DNA from: a virus
DNA: 43,078 nt
IMG/VR virus record: IMGVR_UViG_3300045988_169798
Span: 1 to 43,078 of that record
Reading direction: 5' to 3' (one strand)
Shown here: positions 1 to 8,577 of the stretch, one piece after another
How the letters are laid out: each line of letters begins with the position of its first letter
How positions within the stretch are numbered: the first letter of the stretch is position 1
Notes under the pieces: generated by a model
Told to the model about the DNA's origin: nothing
Database searches by the model: none
The model's input: the letters and a program-made list of their open reading frames with translations, nothing else
Translations under genes and position numbers: made by a program

Positions 1-55
1 GTCATGTGGAAAACTCCCAAACCTGTGGAAAACCCTGTGGATAACCCTGTGGAAA
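1..55. repeat. Terminal direct repeat copy 1, identical to 43024..43078. Either a circular-assembly overlap or true terminal redundancy
   Basis: nt 1-55 (gtcatgtggaaaactcccaaacctgtggaaaaccctgtggataaccctgtggaaa) match the last 55 nt base for base. Gene order wraps sensibly (HNH ... terL). Confidence 0.95.
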
Positions 56-56
56 A
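5..56 (+). promoter_or_regulatory. Four same-orientation TGTGGA(A/T)AA boxes (DnaA-box-like iterons); candidate terminase, regulator or DnaA binding array
   Basis: TGTGGAAAA at 5-13, 24-32 and 48-56; TGTGGATAA at 36-44. The last three lie on an exact 12-bp register inside CCTGTGGAWAAC units. TGTGGATAA is the reverse complement of TTATCCACA. Confidence 0.6.
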
Positions 57-62
57 CTCCGC

Positions 63-91
63 TAGGCATGAGGTATATCACAGCATATAAT
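63..91 (+). promoter_or_regulatory. Putative sigma70-type promoter feeding a leaderless transcript that starts at ATG 99
   Basis: -35 TAGGCA 63-68, 17-nt spacer, -10 TATAAT 86-91, then exactly 7 nt to ATG 99. Confidence 0.35.
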
Positions 92-98
92 AGGGGGT

Positions 99-380
99 AT
101 GACAACCCACACAAACACCACAATCACCATATACGAACCAAACAGCCCCACACCAATCACAGACGCCACAAACACCAACAACCCCACCCTCATACGCCAA
201 GCACTCGCACACAAAATCGCCACCGTCATAGACGACCCAAGAACAGGCGACACAGCACTCACAAAACTCACAGCACAACTCATACAAATCACAGACCAAC
301 TCGCCACCACACAAAACGAAAACACCACCACACACACCACCGACCTTCCGGACGAAACACAAACCTGGGACGGCATCTAA
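99..380 (+). CDS. Hypothetical 93-aa protein; possible small terminase subunit by position only
   Basis: The ORF ends 1 nt before the terL start. The central part looks helical (PTLIRQALAHKIATVIDD...LTAQLIQITDQLA). The flanks are low-complexity T/N-rich because the DNA is A+C rich. Confidence 0.45.
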   Translation: MTTHTNTTITIYEPNSPTPITDATNTNNPTLIRQALAHKIATVIDDPRTGDTALTKLTAQLIQITDQLATTQNENTTTHTTDLPDETQTWDGI

Positions 381-381
381 A

Positions 382-1875
382 ATGAGCGAAAAACACCTCA
401 GCGAAATCGCCGCCCACCTCACCCTCCCAGAAAACATCACACACACCGCCTGGCCGCCAGTCCAACGCCGCCTCACAGAAATGCAATACCCCCTCGACGT
501 ATGGCAACAAGACTGGCTCAAAGCAATCCTCGCAAAAAGAAAAGACGGCCACTACGCCGCCAGCATCGACGGAATCCAAGCCAGCATCCCCCGACAGGTC
601 GGCAAAACATACACAATCGGCGGCCTCACATTCGCACTCGCCACCCTCCACCCAAACTACTTCGTACTCTGGACCGCACACCGCACACGCACCGCAGACG
701 AAACATTCAACGACATGAAAGGAATGGCACAAATCCCCGACATCGCCCCCTACGTAAACAAAATACGGCAAGCGAACGGTCAACAAGCCATCCTCTTCAA
801 CAATGGATCACGAATCCTGTTCGGAGCCCGTGAAGGCGGATTCGGACGCGGATTCCACGGCGTAGACATGATCCTCTTCGACGAAGCCCAGATCCTAGGC
901 GCCGCCGCACTAGACGACATGATCCCCGCCACAAACACGGCCCCAGACCCGCTCATCATCAAAATCGGAACACCACCAAAACCAAAAGACCCATCCGAAG
1001 CATTCAGCGAATTCCGCAACCTAGCCCTGCAAGGCGAAATAAAAGACGGCCTCTACCTCGAACTGGCCGCCGACTACGACGCTAACAGCGACGACAGGAA
1101 ACAATGGGAAAAAGCCAACCCATCATACCCGCGCCGCACACCCGAATCTGCCATTCTAAGAATGCGACGGCAGCTCGGAGAAGAATCATTCCGACGCGAA
1201 GGCCTCGGAATCTGGGACCGCGCCAACGACAAGCTCGCAATCGACCCAGTCACCTGGAACACCGCCACAATACGACCCGAAAACACGCCGAGCGGTATGC
1301 GATGGTGCGCCGCAATCCGATTCGCACCCGACGGATCAACCTGCGCCCTAGCCAGAGCAGGACACAAAGCCAACACGCCCACACACGTCGAACTATGCAC
1401 ACACCAAGGCGTCCGCCGCATGAACGAAGGCACCCAATGGATCATTGACTACATTGCGGACACCAAAGACAGATGGGCGCAAATCATCGTAGACGGAAAA
1501 TACGGTGCCGGAGACACAATCGAAAGACTACGCACCATCGGAGTACGCCCCCAAGTCATCATCACACCCACAATCACGCAAATCATAGACGCCTACAGCA
1601 TGCTAGACGCCTCACTACGCGAAAACACAATCACACACCTAGACGACATGCAACTGAGAACCGAGGCCGCGTCCGCGACGCCACGCCCAATCGGAACGTC
1701 AGGAGGATGGGCACTACAAGCACCGCCCGGCGCCACCGTAGCCGGCCTAGAAGCCTGCACGCTCGCAATGTGGGCCGCACGCACAACAAAAAGACGGCCC
1801 CGTTACAAGCCCTATGATAAAATCGAGAACGCCAATAATAGTAATGATCGTGGCGGCGGAGTACTGTTCCTATGA
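382..1875 (+). CDS. terL: Terminase large subunit
   Basis: 497 aa. Walker A-like IPRQVGKTY, Walker B-like MILFDEAQ, C-terminal nuclease-type region. ATGA overlap with the portal start. Confidence 0.9.
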   Translation: MSEKHLSEIAAHLTLPENITHTAWPPVQRRLTEMQYPLDVWQQDWLKAILAKRKDGHYAASIDGIQASIPRQVGKTYTIGGLTFALATLHPNYFVLWTAHRTRTADETFNDMKGMAQIPDIAPYVNKIRQANGQQAILFNNGSRILFGAREGGFGRGFHGVDMILFDEAQILGAAALDDMIPATNTAPDPLIIKIGTPPKPKDPSEAFSEFRNLALQGEIKDGLYLELAADYDANSDDRKQWEKANPSYPRRTPESAILRMRRQLGEESFRREGLGIWDRANDKLAIDPVTWNTATIRPENTPSGMRWCAAIRFAPDGSTCALARAGHKANTPTHVELCTHQGVRRMNEGTQWIIDYIADTKDRWAQIIVDGKYGAGDTIERLRTIGVRPQVIITPTITQIIDAYSMLDASLRENTITHLDDMQLRTEAASATPRPIGTSGGWALQAPPGATVAGLEACTLAMWAARTTKRRPRYKPYDKIENANNSNDRGGGVLFL

Positions 1876-3488
1876 CTGAAATTTATCCTGACGACGGACG
1901 ACTCGTTAATGCTACGCCGGCACCGACCCGCATTTCCGGACTCCCCGACGACGACCATGCGACATTCCTGCAACTGTGGCAGAAATGGCAGCAGCACTCA
2001 AATAAAAACAAGCTGCTCTCCGTCTACTATGACGGCCACCGCGCTTTCCAAGATTTGGGTATCAGTATTCCGCCGCAAATGACGCGCACCAAAGCCGCGT
2101 TGGGATGGCCTCAGAAAGTCGTCACCATGCTCGCCCGCCGGCACGTATTCGAAGGCTACTCTCTAAACGGCGCACCCGACGCATTCGAAGCCAACGAAAT
2201 CTTGTCAGCCAACAATTATGATCTTGATCTCGCACAGGCAATAACGTCCGCCTACAAGCATTCTTTCTCACTGCTCACCGTGACACGCGGGGACGAGACC
2301 ATTGGCGAGCCGCCTGTCGTCGTGCAGGCCCGTGACGCAGAATGGTCCGCCGCACTATGGGACACGCGCCGCCGCGTAATCGAAGCCGCCCTCACAATCG
2401 ATCAGACCGACAAGTACGGGCAGCCGGCCGGCGCCATCATGCACACCCCCACCGCCATTTGGCGAATCGACGCCAAAGAGAACGGCAGCGGCTGGAAGGC
2501 CGAAAAGCTTGGCGACACGCCCAACCGCATTTTCGTCGAAGCACTCTGCTACGACCCGCAACTGAACCGGCCACTGGGGCACTCACGAATCACCCGCGAA
2601 GTAAGATATCTCACGGACGCTGCAGTGAGAACAATGGTCCGCGCGGAAACGTCCGCAGAATTCTTCTCCTCACCACAGCGCTACGTGCTCGGCGCAGAAA
2701 GAGCAGATTTCGCCGGCCAAGACAGATGGTCCGCAATCATGGCCCGCGTCCAAGTCCTGGAGCCGAACGAAAACGGCGACATCCCGTCGGTTGGTCAATT
2801 CTCACAAATGACCATGAGCCCTCACCTGGAAATGTACCGTCAGCTGGCCCAGAATTTGTGCGCAGCCACAAACCTCCCCCAGTCCGCTATCGGGGTATTC
2901 GCGGAGAACCCCGCCTCGGCTGAAGCGATGCAAGCGGCTGAGGCGGCGCTCGCGGACGAAGCCGAATACCAATGGCGCATTTTCACCGCACCACTACGGC
3001 GCACACTGCAGAACATCATTATGGTCAGAGACAAACTCGACGAACCTCCTGCCGAGTCGTGGAAAACCTCGGTGAAGTGGACGCCCGCCCGCTACTCCTC
3101 GCCGTCGTCTGCAGCCGATTTCGCGGTCAAAATGGTGTCCGCGTTCCCGTCATTGCAGGAGTCGCAGACTCTCATGCGGCGTGCCGGACTCACTGAGGAC
3201 GATCTCGCAGATATCAACGCTGAGAATCGTAAAAAGAATGCGGTGTCGTTGCTTGATCGCGCTCTCGCCGCCACGAATAACGGGAACACTGCGGACGAGA
3301 ATGACGAGAACGCCGAGAACACTGACAACGATGACGCGGCCAACAATAACGGCGACGACAATGCCAGCAACGCCAGCAACAGCAACGGCAGTGGCAGCAA
3401 TCTGAACCTTAATAACACGCCCAATACAAGGAACAGGGTTAAGCGCAACATTAAACTGCCAGGCGGCACCAAAACACCAATAAACTAA
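1872..3488 (+). CDS. Portal protein
   Basis: 538 aa immediately after terL. Typical portal size and position. Asn/Asp-rich low-complexity C-terminus. Confidence 0.85.
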   Translation: MTEIYPDDGRLVNATPAPTRISGLPDDDHATFLQLWQKWQQHSNKNKLLSVYYDGHRAFQDLGISIPPQMTRTKAALGWPQKVVTMLARRHVFEGYSLNGAPDAFEANEILSANNYDLDLAQAITSAYKHSFSLLTVTRGDETIGEPPVVVQARDAEWSAALWDTRRRVIEAALTIDQTDKYGQPAGAIMHTPTAIWRIDAKENGSGWKAEKLGDTPNRIFVEALCYDPQLNRPLGHSRITREVRYLTDAAVRTMVRAETSAEFFSSPQRYVLGAERADFAGQDRWSAIMARVQVLEPNENGDIPSVGQFSQMTMSPHLEMYRQLAQNLCAATNLPQSAIGVFAENPASAEAMQAAEAALADEAEYQWRIFTAPLRRTLQNIIMVRDKLDEPPAESWKTSVKWTPARYSSPSSAADFAVKMVSAFPSLQESQTLMRRAGLTEDDLADINAENRKKNAVSLLDRALAATNNGNTADENDENAENTDNDDAANNNGDDNASNASNSNGSGSNLNLNNTPNTRNRVKRNIKLPGGTKTPIN

Positions 3489-3496
3489 TAATCATC

Positions 3497-4222
3497 ATGC
3501 TGTCAACCGCAGAAATCGGGGCATACGGTCGAGCAATAGACTCACTCACCACACTCGCCCAAAATGATCTACACACACTATGGGCGCACGCCGCTAGACA
3601 ACGCCCCGAGCAAGCCCGCGATCTTCTACTCGAAATCATGCCCGCCCTCGTCGACCAATACGGCAGTGCAGCCGCCGCAATCGCCGACGAATGGTACCGA
3701 GACATGCGCCTAGACCAACACATCCCCGGAGACGCCCCCGCAGTACAAACATCACTCACACCACAAGGCGAAATAGACGACAGCGTCAGATTCAGCGCAG
3801 GAGCACTATACGCCGGAAACCCCGACATCGCCCTATCCTATCTGACCGGTGCGCTCATCCGATACGTCAGCGACGGCGCCCGCTCGCAAATCGCAGACAT
3901 GACGTGGGCCGACCCGGAAGCAATGGGCTGGGAAAGACGAACACGTAACCCCCAAGCATGCAATTTCTGCGTCATGCTCACAATGAGCGAATGCTACTAC
4001 CGCAGCCAGGGGACCGCATCATTCGGGGCGCACGACAATTGCAAATGTGTTGCAGTCCCCGCCTGGGATCCGACCTCACATGAAGTCCCCGCGAAAGCAT
4101 ACGCGCTCGCAGCCAGACACAAAACTGAGAAAGGTCGCAAACGACATCGCGAACTCGTCTCATCGTGGATAGACACACACCAGGAAGAGCTCGCGGAATG
4201 GCGCACTAGGCCAATCGAATGA
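3497..4222 (+). CDS. MuF / SPP1 gp7-like minor head (head morphogenesis) protein
   Basis: Follows the portal. C-terminal CNFCVML...HDNCKCV cysteine/histidine motif typical of the Phage_Mu_F family. Confidence 0.7.
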   Translation: MLSTAEIGAYGRAIDSLTTLAQNDLHTLWAHAARQRPEQARDLLLEIMPALVDQYGSAAAAIADEWYRDMRLDQHIPGDAPAVQTSLTPQGEIDDSVRFSAGALYAGNPDIALSYLTGALIRYVSDGARSQIADMTWADPEAMGWERRTRNPQACNFCVMLTMSECYYRSQGTASFGAHDNCKCVAVPAWDPTSHEVPAKAYALAARHKTEKGRKRHRELVSSWIDTHQEELAEWRTRPIE

Positions 4223-4225
4223 TTG

Positions 4226-4234
4226 TGCTACAAT
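4226..4234 (+). promoter_or_regulatory. Putative extended -10 element (TGCTACAAT) upstream of the scaffold/capsid genes
   Basis: TGn + TACAAT at 4226-4234 in the MuF-scaffold intergenic region. A GGGCT-gcaa-AGCCC hairpin lies downstream. Confidence 0.3.
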
Positions 4235-4331
4235 GCATAAACAAGGGTCACTGAAGGAGGGCTGCAAAGCCCAAAAGTAGTTGCCTGAAAACATTACAAT
4301 AACCGCACGGTCGAAATATAGGAAACGCCCA

Positions 4332-4817
4332 ATGAGCGACAATGCTGCCAGCGACACGCCGGCCGATAACAGCGCCACTAACAGCAATAACACTTCCCAG
4401 GGGGAGGGCAACGCTGCCGCTAGTAAGCCTGAAATCGACTGGAAGAGTGAGTCCCGTAAGTGGGAGAATCGCGCCAAAGAAAATCGGCGCGCCGCCAACG
4501 AACGAGACGAACTCGCAAAGGCAATCGGCGACAAGGATGCCACGATTGAGGCCCTAAAGGCCAAGGTTGCGGATTTCGAAACCGCCGCTAAAGTACGCGA
4601 ATGGTCCGCCAACGCGGCCGCAGAATACGGTATCAGTGCCGATTTGATTCGAGGGACTACCGAGGAAGAAATCAATGCGCATGCTGCCGCAATCGCCAAA
4701 GCATTGCACGACGCTAAGCCGTCCGTTGCCCCCGTGGTGCCGCAGGCCGGAGCCACGCCCGACAATGATGGCGGCAATCTTGCGGAGTTCGCTCGGAATG
4801 TTTTCGCCGGCGACTAA
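4332..4817 (+). CDS. Scaffolding protein
   Basis: Charged, Ala/Glu/Lys-rich, helical 161-aa protein directly upstream of the capsid gene. ATG 4332 preferred over the TTG at 4281 (AGGAAA 7 nt upstream). Confidence 0.6.
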   Translation: MSDNAASDTPADNSATNSNNTSQGEGNAAASKPEIDWKSESRKWENRAKENRRAANERDELAKAIGDKDATIEALKAKVADFETAAKVREWSANAAAEYGISADLIRGTTEEEINAHAAAIAKALHDAKPSVAPVVPQAGATPDNDGGNLAEFARNVFAGD

Positions 4818-4876
4818 AACACACTAGCCGCTATTCTAAAAAGTAAAACACTAGAAAGAAACGGAAACCAACTAAA

Positions 4877-5809
4877 ATGGCCGTGTTTGATTCAGGCAAG
4901 GCGAAGGTCCTCATGCCTCGGCAGATCGCCGACGGTATCATTGCTCGCACCCAGACTCTCTCCACCGTCGCTAAGCTCAACGGCGGAATCCCCATGACCT
5001 TCGGCGACGTGGACATTATCACGTTCGATAATTTCCCGCGCGCCGAGTTCGTTGACGAGGGTGCTGAAAAGGCGCCCACGTCCGGTGAGTTCGGTTACGT
5101 GACCGCTAAGCCGCACAAGGCGCAGGTCACTATGCGATTTAACGAGGAGGTCCAGTGGGCCGACGAGGACTATCAGCTGGACGTCCTCAACCAGCTCGCC
5201 CAGAAGGGCAGCGAGGCGCTTTCCCGCGCCCTCGACCTCGGCCTTTACCACCGTGTTAACCCCCTGACGGGCGCCGTTATCGACGCGTGGACCAACTACC
5301 TGACCTCCACCACCAAGAGCGTCGAGATCGGCACTACGGAGATGGACCAGGCGATCCGCCAGGCCGCCGGTCTGCTCATTAACGACAATGACGCGCCGAT
5401 TACCCCCACTGGCCTTGCGCTTGCCCCGTCCGCCGTTTGGGCGCTCGGCAGTCTCCAGACCAAGAATGCCGACGGTTCCCCCTCGGGTACGCCGCGTTAC
5501 CCGCAGATCGGCCTCGGCGTCGACATTGACAACTTCATGGGGCTCCCGGTCGCTGCTGGAAACACGGTTGCCGGCAAGCCCGAGGCGACCACCGCCACCA
5601 ATGTCGAGGGCATTGTCGGTGATTTCGTCGACGGTATCCGCTGGGGAATTCAGCGGTACCTGCCGCTCGAGATTATCCGTTTCGGTGACCCGGACGGTCA
5701 GGGCGACCTGAAGCGTCGGAACCAGATTGCTCTGCGTCTCGAGATTCTGTACGCCTGGTACGTTTTCTCGAACAAGTTCGCGACGATTAAGACCAAGGCC
5801 GGCGCCTGA
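4877..5809 (+). CDS. Major capsid protein (HK97-fold type)
   Basis: 310 aa, in the position after the scaffold. Sequence character typical of the Phage_capsid family. Ordinary highly-expressed-gene codon usage. Confidence 0.85.
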   Translation: MAVFDSGKAKVLMPRQIADGIIARTQTLSTVAKLNGGIPMTFGDVDIITFDNFPRAEFVDEGAEKAPTSGEFGYVTAKPHKAQVTMRFNEEVQWADEDYQLDVLNQLAQKGSEALSRALDLGLYHRVNPLTGAVIDAWTNYLTSTTKSVEIGTTEMDQAIRQAAGLLINDNDAPITPTGLALAPSAVWALGSLQTKNADGSPSGTPRYPQIGLGVDIDNFMGLPVAAGNTVAGKPEATTATNVEGIVGDFVDGIRWGIQRYLPLEIIRFGDPDGQGDLKRRNQIALRLEILYAWYVFSNKFATIKTKAGA

Positions 5810-5877
5810 TAAAATCGCCATAAAGAAACAAAACACAACCCATCCAAAACAAGTTTTTCCCAGGGGCGATTTCGGAA

Positions 5878-6087
5878 ATGCGATCCTACAAGCACCGAGA
5901 CCACGACATTGTGATCCATCTCGCAGACGACCACAATGTGGAGCTCGGAGACGAATACACCGAAATCACTCCCGGGAATGATGGCGCTGGCGGGGCAGAC
6001 GAGCCCACCTCCTCCTCCCCTCGTACTGCCCCGCCGGCACCCGCCCCTCGTCGGGGACGAGGCCGCCCCAGAAAGACTGCCAAGTGA
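5878..6087 (+). CDS. Hypothetical 69-aa protein with an AT-hook-like C-terminus
   Basis: Acidic N-terminal half and a PRRGRGRPRKTAK tail. Its stop overlaps the GTG start of the next gene (GTGA). Confidence 0.45.
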   Translation: MRSYKHRDHDIVIHLADDHNVELGDEYTEITPGNDGAGGADEPTSSSPRTAPPAPAPRRGRGRPRKTAK

Positions 6088-6569
6088 TTCCTGAGGATAT
6101 TATTCCGTTCGCCACGGTCGAAGACCTGGAAGCCAGGTGGCGGGCGCTCTCAGACAATGAGCGCATTCGCGCCGACGTACTCCTCGCCGACGCCACCGAC
6201 CTCATCGTGTCGAAATGCCCCCGCTGGGAATCCGCCACGCCTCGCACACGAAAGCGTGTAGCATGCGCCGTGGTGCGTCGCGCAATGCAAGGCGGAGACG
6301 CTATCGGCGGCGTCACAGACAGTGGCGGCGGAATCTACTCCGAGCCCCACGGGATTATCGCGTCAGAATCACACACAACAGGGCCGTTTAGCGATCAATT
6401 CACGTATCAGAACCCCGAGGGCGGCCTTTACCTGAAGCGCGAGGAAAAGGACGCTCTCGGAGGCTCTGGTGGTGCGTTCGAGGTGGACCTCCTGCAAGAT
6501 TATGATGTGCGATCTGCCACGGACCAGTTGATCGAGGACATTAATGCGATTAGCGGGCAGGAACCGTAA
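6084..6569 (+). CDS. Head-tail adaptor (gp6-like connector)
   Basis: 161 aa. The N-terminal FATVEDLEARWRALSDNERIRADVLLADATDLI resembles the Phage_connect_1 family. Position fits. Confidence 0.65.
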   Translation: MIPEDIIPFATVEDLEARWRALSDNERIRADVLLADATDLIVSKCPRWESATPRTRKRVACAVVRRAMQGGDAIGGVTDSGGGIYSEPHGIIASESHTTGPFSDQFTYQNPEGGLYLKREEKDALGGSGGAFEVDLLQDYDVRSATDQLIEDINAISGQEP

Positions 6570-6898
6570 TGCTGTCCGGATATGTGCCCGTTACGCGGCG
6601 TAGGCGAGGCCCCGCGTCAAAGGATCAGTATGGTAATCCCGTGCCGGGGCAGTGGGAGAACGTTTCCTTGCCGCCTGCAGTGTTTGCGCCGGCTACGTCT
6701 ACTGAGCCGATCAGTGCTGGGGCAATGCCCGTCACCGTGCCCGCCGCCCTTTATTGGCGGAATACCACAATCGACGTGACCGCTGAGGATCATCTTATTG
6801 TAGACGGCATAGAATACCGTGTCGAAGGCCGCCCTTCACCCTACCCTAAAGGGATGGTTGCGCAAATTCGCGCCAACGAAGACAAGGTGAGCGAATAA
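6569..6898 (+). CDS. Head closure / head-tail joining protein
   Basis: 109 aa. Size and position match SPP1 gp16-type proteins. Start overlaps the upstream stop. Confidence 0.5.
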   Translation: MLSGYVPVTRRRRGPASKDQYGNPVPGQWENVSLPPAVFAPATSTEPISAGAMPVTVPAALYWRNTTIDVTAEDHLIVDGIEYRVEGRPSPYPKGMVAQIRANEDKVSE

Positions 6899-7155
6899 TG
6901 CCGAAAGTAAAATTCCAGCTCAACCGCGACGGTGTCGCCGATCTTCTGCGCGGCCCCGACGTAGCTCGGACCGTAGCGCTCGAGACAGGGCGTGTAGCCA
7001 ACGCTGCCGGCCGCGGATTCGAGGGTGAGACGACACACGGAAATCGAACCCGCGGATACGTCAGAGCGCGCACCATTGCCGCAATGCGCAGACAGATGAG
7101 GGAGCATACGCTGGAGCGTGCGATCGGCCTCACAATGGGTGGTGGTGGGAAATGA
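6898..7155 (+). CDS. Neck / tail-completion protein (HK97 gp10-like?)
   Basis: 85 aa, translationally coupled, in the connector block. Motif NRDGVADLLRGPDVARTV resembles gp10-family N-termini. Confidence 0.4.
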   Translation: MPKVKFQLNRDGVADLLRGPDVARTVALETGRVANAAGRGFEGETTHGNRTRGYVRARTIAAMRRQMREHTLERAIGLTMGGGGK

Positions 7156-7541
7156 GCCCAACATACGATCGTGCCCCCACGGTGCCGGACATAAAGAAAC
7201 GGCTCATGGACTTCCTGTCTGCGCACACGAGCGTGCCGGTCGTGGCTCGCAGGCCCGAAAGTCCAGACCGCCCCGCCGCATTCATTCGAGTCCTCTCAAC
7301 AGGGGGTACCGGGGTTACACAGAAAGCACTCTGCACCGCACTGGAAACGATCGACGCTTACGCGCAGTCGTCGGGTGAGGCGATGAAAATCGCGTGCGAG
7401 GCCGTGAATGTGGCGCACACAATGCCGAACTATCGGGATGGTATAGTGATGGTACAATCATCCTATCCGATAGAAATGCCCGATCCGGATACGTCTCAGG
7501 CGAGGGCGACTGCAACATTAACAATTACAGCACACAGGTGA
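7152..7541 (+). CDS. Tail terminator-like protein
   Basis: 129 aa immediately upstream of the major tail gene. ATGA overlap with the previous gene. Confidence 0.5.
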   Translation: MSPTYDRAPTVPDIKKRLMDFLSAHTSVPVVARRPESPDRPAAFIRVLSTGGTGVTQKALCTALETIDAYAQSSGEAMKIACEAVNVAHTMPNYRDGIVMVQSSYPIEMPDPDTSQARATATLTITAHR

Positions 7542-7548
7542 ACAAATA

Positions 7549-8133
7549 ATGGCTGTTAACGCTGACAATGCACTCATTTTCTCGTCCGACAATGACGCGC
7601 TCTGGTTGGGCGACTACGTCGAAAAGTTCGGTGAGAAGGTCACGTCACTCACCCAGGACCTCTCCGGCGTGACCGGCCTCACCAACGTTGGGTGGATTAG
7701 TGAGGACGGGTTCAAGCTCACCTCCGACGACTCCGTCACCAAGATCAAGGGGCACCAGGGGCACGGCGTCGTCAAGACATTCCTCGACTCGTCAGAGACG
7801 ACGTTCAGCGCCACTCTCCTGGAGACCATGCTCGCCCCTCTCTCATGGTATTTGGACGCTACCAGCGAGAAGGTTGAGGACGGTGGCGCCACCAAGGGTG
7901 TGAAAATCACCGCGAAGTCGTCCCGTAAGGTCAAGCTCCTCTGCGGTGTTGCCGATTTCTTCGACGTGTCCGGTGTGGGTGCGCAGATTCGTATTGTTTT
8001 CCCGCGTCTGGAGCTCGGTGAGCGCGGCGAGATCACTTTCCAGCAGGCCGAGATCACCGGCTACGAATACAACCTCTCCGTGCTGGGCGACTACATTATC
8101 TACTCCGACCACAAGGCCCTGTTCCCCGCCTGA
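7549..8133 (+). CDS. Major tail protein
   Basis: 194 aa. Lies between the connector block and the G/GT chaperone pair and is followed by a hairpin. Confidence 0.7.
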   Translation: MAVNADNALIFSSDNDALWLGDYVEKFGEKVTSLTQDLSGVTGLTNVGWISEDGFKLTSDDSVTKIKGHQGHGVVKTFLDSSETTFSATLLETMLAPLSWYLDATSEKVEDGGATKGVKITAKSSRKVKLLCGVADFFDVSGVGAQIRIVFPRLELGERGEITFQQAEITGYEYNLSVLGDYIIYSDHKALFPA

Positions 8134-8142
8134 CATATGATT

Positions 8143-8193
8143 CTTCCCCGCTATTTCGTGTTTCGGATGGGTTGTCGCGGAATAGCGGGGAAG
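8143..8193 (+). terminator. Hairpin (attenuator/terminator) after the major tail gene
   Basis: CTTCCCCGCTATT 8143-8155 pairs with AATAGCGGGGAAG 8181-8193 (13 bp). Confidence 0.45.
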
Positions 8194-8250
8194 ATCCAAA
8201 ACAAACACAACCCACCCACTTTATAAAACAAATTTTGAGGACAACCCATT

Positions 8251-8577
8251 ATGTCTGACAAGACCACGAAGAGCAAGGCGAAGGCCGTCGGAGCTAAGGC
8301 GCCGGCTGACAAGCTCGCCAAGGCTGAGGCCACACGCGACCCCATCCACGTGGACTATGAGGGTATCGAGTTTGACATTCCTCCGGAGGCGCTGGAGGAC
8401 TTCCGAGCATTCGAAGCCCTCGACGCCGGTAACCCGTTCCCGCTGTTCCGCCTCATTGTAGGCGACCACAAGGATGAGGTCTACTCTGCTCTGGAGGATG
8501 AGAATGGTCGTGTCCCGATCGACGCGGTGACCGACTTTATGCAGTCAATCGTATCCGAGGTGGGCGCGGGAAACTGA
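8251..8577 (+). CDS. Tail assembly chaperone (G form)
   Basis: 108-aa acidic protein upstream of the tape measure, ending just after the slippery heptamer. Confidence 0.75.
   Translation: MSDKTTKSKAKAVGAKAPADKLAKAEATRDPIHVDYEGIEFDIPPEALEDFRAFEALDAGNPFPLFRLIVGDHKDEVYSALEDENGRVPIDAVTDFMQSIVSEVGAGN

Noticed and set aside
1-55. Interpreting the 55-nt terminal repeat as a biological direct terminal repeat
   Set aside because: It cannot be distinguished from an assembler k-mer overlap using sequence alone, and it is too short for typical phage direct terminal repeats. It is reported as a circularisation signature only.
68-385. 105-aa ORF (MRYITAYNRGYDNPHKHHNHH...) overlapping the terS-like ORF
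   Set aside because: The H/R/K/T/P low-complexity string is produced by A+C-rich DNA read out of frame. The 99-380 frame gives a plausible helical protein and abuts terL.
4892-5836. 314-aa ORF antisense to the major capsid gene. Similar long antisense ORFs occur at 9689-10930, 10665-11483 and 8982-9752 opposite the tape measure.
   Set aside because: These are typical shadow ORFs of GC-rich coding DNA. They have R/G/V/L-rich low-complexity translations, no RBS, and fully overlap genes with clear homology-type motifs.
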